Assembly (NCBI GenBank): GCA_024761205.1
Contig: JAMASS010000013.1
Span: 19,802-83,801, forward strand
Direction of reading: 5' to 3'
Origin: Limisphaerales bacterium
GTDB lineage: Bacteria; Verrucomicrobiota; Verrucomicrobiia; Limisphaerales; AAA164-E04
DNA length: 64,000 nucleotides
How positions within the stretch are numbered: position 1 is the first letter of the stretch; every line of letters starts with the position of its first letter. The notes beneath the pieces were generated by a model. It had not been told where the DNA came from. It saw only the letters and a list, made by a program, of their open reading frames with translations, and did not search any database. Below are positions 61,676 to 64,000 of this stretch, one piece after another. The position numbers and the translations under genes were made by a program.

Positions 61676-62980
61676 TCACGTCGGCTGGCACTCCTTCACC
61701 CAACGGCGTGCCTTCATTTCGAATCGCGGCAAAGAATTACCGGGAACCACCTCGACCGGCACTCTGAGCGCCAACCGCTTTTGCAACTCCCGTTCGAGGT
61801 TCTGAACCACAGCCGATGATGAAGGAGCATCACGCTGCACCTCGATTCGAATCGTGAGTTCAACCAGACTGCGATGCTCACTAACCTGCACTTGATACTC
61901 CGCCACCCCACCCGTGCTGCGAATAATTTCATCAATCGCGCTCGGATAAACATTCACCCCCCGAACCACCGTCATATCATCGCAACGGCCGATAATGCCT
62001 CCGGTGAGTGCCGTGTGATTGCGCCTGCAGCCACATGACCCAGGTTTGCGCAGCTCAACCAAGTCACCTGTTCGGTAACGAATCAGGGGCGAACCCGCCC
62101 GCCGCAACGTCGTCAGGATCAACTCGCCACGTTCCCCGGGGGCGACCGGTAGCAGCGTCACAAGATCAACCACTTCGGCAAGATAGGACGAATCGATGAG
62201 ATGAAGAACGCCCGGCATATTGGGACATTGAAACGAAACCGGTCCAGTTTCCGTCATTCCGTGATGATCAAAGACCAAGGCCGTCGGCCACAACTCAGCA
62301 AGACGCTGACGCACGGACAACTGGCTACCTCCTGGCTCTCCCGCAACCAAAATGCAGCGCAGCGGCAGCCCTTCTCGGTCAATGCCCAGCTCCGCTGCGA
62401 CCTCGCCCATCCGCAAGGCATAAGTTGGGGTACAAGCGAGAACCGTAATCTCATTACTGATCATCGCTTGCAAGCGGGTTTCGGTCGACATTCCTCCACC
62501 GGACAGACAAAAACCTCCTAGTTTCAGAGCCGCCTCGAAGGCAGCCCAAAAGCCCAGAAAAGGCCCAAAAGAAAACGCAAAGAAGAAACGATCACTCTGT
62601 TGAAGCTCCGCCGCCCTCATGACCTCAATCCAGTCATCAATGACGAAATTCCAGGTCGTAGCTGTATCCAACCACCGCATTGGGGTCCCTGAAGTGCCAC
62701 TAGTTTGATGGCATCGGGTGTAATGGCTTATCGGATACGTTAAGTTAGTACCATAGGGAGGATGTGTCTCTTGATCGGCAACCCACTCCGCTTTGGTCGT
62801 CAGTGGGAACAGCCTCGTAAAATCCCTTACCGAGGTAAAGAGATTTCGCTTCCGTCTGCTATCCGCTTTTTTCTGATAGAAGGGATTTGAGGCGAGCACC
62901 TCGCCCAACAGCTGATTCAATAGCTCCAGCTGCCGGATCTCCAAATCTTGCTTTGAAGAATAGATAACGTCTTTCATCAA
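61676..62980 (-). CDS. Phenylacetate-CoA ligase-like (PaaK family) AMP-forming ligase
   Basis: QTSGTSGTP, AGEPG, HHGMTE, RYRTGD, GRCDDM..VRGVNVYP. Confidence 0.88.
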   Translation of the reverse strand: MMKDVIYSSKQDLEIRQLELLNQLLGEVLASNPFYQKKADSRRKRNLFTSVRDFTRLFPLTTKAEWVADQETHPPYGTNLTYPISHYTRCHQTSGTSGTPMRWLDTATTWNFVIDDWIEVMRAAELQQSDRFFFAFSFGPFLGFWAAFEAALKLGGFCLSGGGMSTETRLQAMISNEITVLACTPTYALRMGEVAAELGIDREGLPLRCILVAGEPGGSQLSVRQRLAELWPTALVFDHHGMTETGPVSFQCPNMPGVLHLIDSSYLAEVVDLVTLLPVAPGERGELILTTLRRAGSPLIRYRTGDLVELRKPGSCGCRRNHTALTGGIIGRCDDMTVVRGVNVYPSAIDEIIRSTGGVAEYQVQVSEHRSLVELTIRIEVQRDAPSSSAVVQNLERELQKRLALRVPVEVVPGNSLPRFEMKARRWVKECQPT

Positions 62981-63004
62981 CGCCCGCAGCCAGTATCCAA
63001 ATGA

Positions 63005-63571
63005 TCAATCGCTTCCTTTGTCCAAGTGGGCGGGAAAGGTTTTAATCATAGTCTTTGGCTTTGCGGGCTCGGGATTCGGCTTGTACAACGTCACCAACAT
63101 GCCGCCGAGCGCCGCGAAAATAATCCCCAAAACAAACGGTAATCGGATCACGCTCCAACCGCCCGCGGGCGGTTGCAACATGATCGCCACAATCGCGTTC
63201 ACCACGGGTGCTCCGGCAAAGATGATTGACATCACTACGGGAGGTGTTCCTTTCGCACCGAAGGCCAATAACACTCCGAAAGCGCCAACGGCACCGGCAA
63301 TTCCCGCGACCAGGGACCACCACATCCCGGCTCCCGTATAGCCACTGAAGGCGGCGCCCTTGACCATTAGCAGCGCCAACGGCGCCAAAACCGCCACCAA
63401 GAAGTAAGCAATACCCACAAACAAAAACGCCTTGTAGCGACCATTCTCAGAATCACCCATGGTCACTTGTCCCTTGTGCAGCAAAATACCATAAAGACCC
63501 CAGCAAACCACTGTGAGCAATGCAAAGTAGAGCCATGCCATACCCGGTCCGGACGATGTTTCAGTTCCCAT
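63005..63571 (-). CDS. Conserved-looking membrane protein (DMT-like)
   Basis: About 5 TM helices, WGLYG..LH.GQ, FAGAPVVN. Confidence 0.7.
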   Translation of the reverse strand: MGTETSSGPGMAWLYFALLTVVCWGLYGILLHKGQVTMGDSENGRYKAFLFVGIAYFLVAVLAPLALLMVKGAAFSGYTGAGMWWSLVAGIAGAVGAFGVLLAFGAKGTPPVVMSIIFAGAPVVNAIVAIMLQPPAGGWSVIRLPFVLGIIFAALGGMLVTLYKPNPEPAKPKTMIKTFPAHLDKGSD

Positions 63572-63862
63572 AATCGTTTAAGAATTCTTGAATGATCTTC
63601 GGTCGGTGACTCTAACGAACTCGTTCACTGAAAACAATAGGCTTCAACTCCCCAACAGCAATTCCGGCTGCGGGAAAAAGAAGGTGTGGAAACCGAGAGT
63701 GGTATTTCTGTGGCAGAGGTATAGGAGAGCGAGTGCCAGTGCCTAATTACCTTTGTAAAGCCCGAGGTGGTGACGGCGCCTTGGTGCCAGGGCAGGCTGT
63801 AGCGCCATGAGCTAGAGAATATTGCCCGTTTGGCTGGCATATTCTCTTCTCTCTCAAAAAAC

Positions 63863-63896
63863 AAAAAAATAGCCGTCCTTTGAAAAAGGACGGCTA
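63863..63896 (-). terminator. Intrinsic terminator
   Basis: Stem TAGCCGTCCTT/AAGGACGGCTA with an A7 run on +. Confidence 0.85.
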
Positions 63897-63916
63897 AATG
63901 GGAGGATAAATCGGTG

Positions 63917-64000
63917 CTACTTGCGTCGCCGCAGCAACAAAGCACTACCCCCGAGAAGCGCCAAAACGATCGTGGAAGGCTCTGGGATCGGATCAATTCC
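63917..64000 (-). CDS. C-terminus of a PEP-CTERM protein (partial, runs off the window)
   Basis: Manual translation GIDPIPEPSTIVLALLGGSALLLRRRK*. Confidence 0.88.
   Translation of the reverse strand, partial: GIDPIPEPSTIVLALLGGSALLLRRRK

Noticed and set aside
63625-63996. 123-aa ORF from the track
   Set aside because: Crosses a clear terminator; the true coding frame there is the PEP-CTERM tail 63917-64000
1-64000. CRISPR array, tRNA, rRNA, intact transposase or integrase
   Set aside because: No regularly spaced repeats, cloverleaf/T-loop signatures or DDE/tyrosine recombinase ORFs noticed on manual reading

Overview
Bacterial chromosome window, most likely Verrucomicrobiota/PVC (inferred from PEP-CTERM proteins, a DUF1501 Tat protein and a prepilin/H-X9-DG-type protein). 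Nt 1-8.3 kb is an accessory island holding the most interesting system. It has a duplicated module of [FliA/SigB-like sigma factor + conserved promoter + Sec-exported Cys-rich miniprotein(s) + ~300-aa membrane-anchored partner protein(s)]. There are 3 miniproteins, with a near-constant leader, an invariant 10-Cys scaffold and hypervariable loops, and 3 paralogous CxDC-containing partners. These are followed by a translationally coupled MauE/DoxX-like protein, two glycosyltransferase-like genes and a pseudopilin-like gene. The island shows gene conversion and a compensated frameshift. The rest is core metabolism (speA, ptsI, aroK, queG, glgC, argS, gnd, tlyA, nadK, rsmD, infA, aas, argJBDF) interspersed with about 9 decayed pseudogenes. 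An ~8.4-kb inversion (~38.7-47.1 kb) is supported by reversed strand skew and by an amidohydrolase pseudogene split across both breakpoints. No tRNA, rRNA, CRISPR array or intact transposase was seen. All calls come from reading motifs by eye; no database searches were run.
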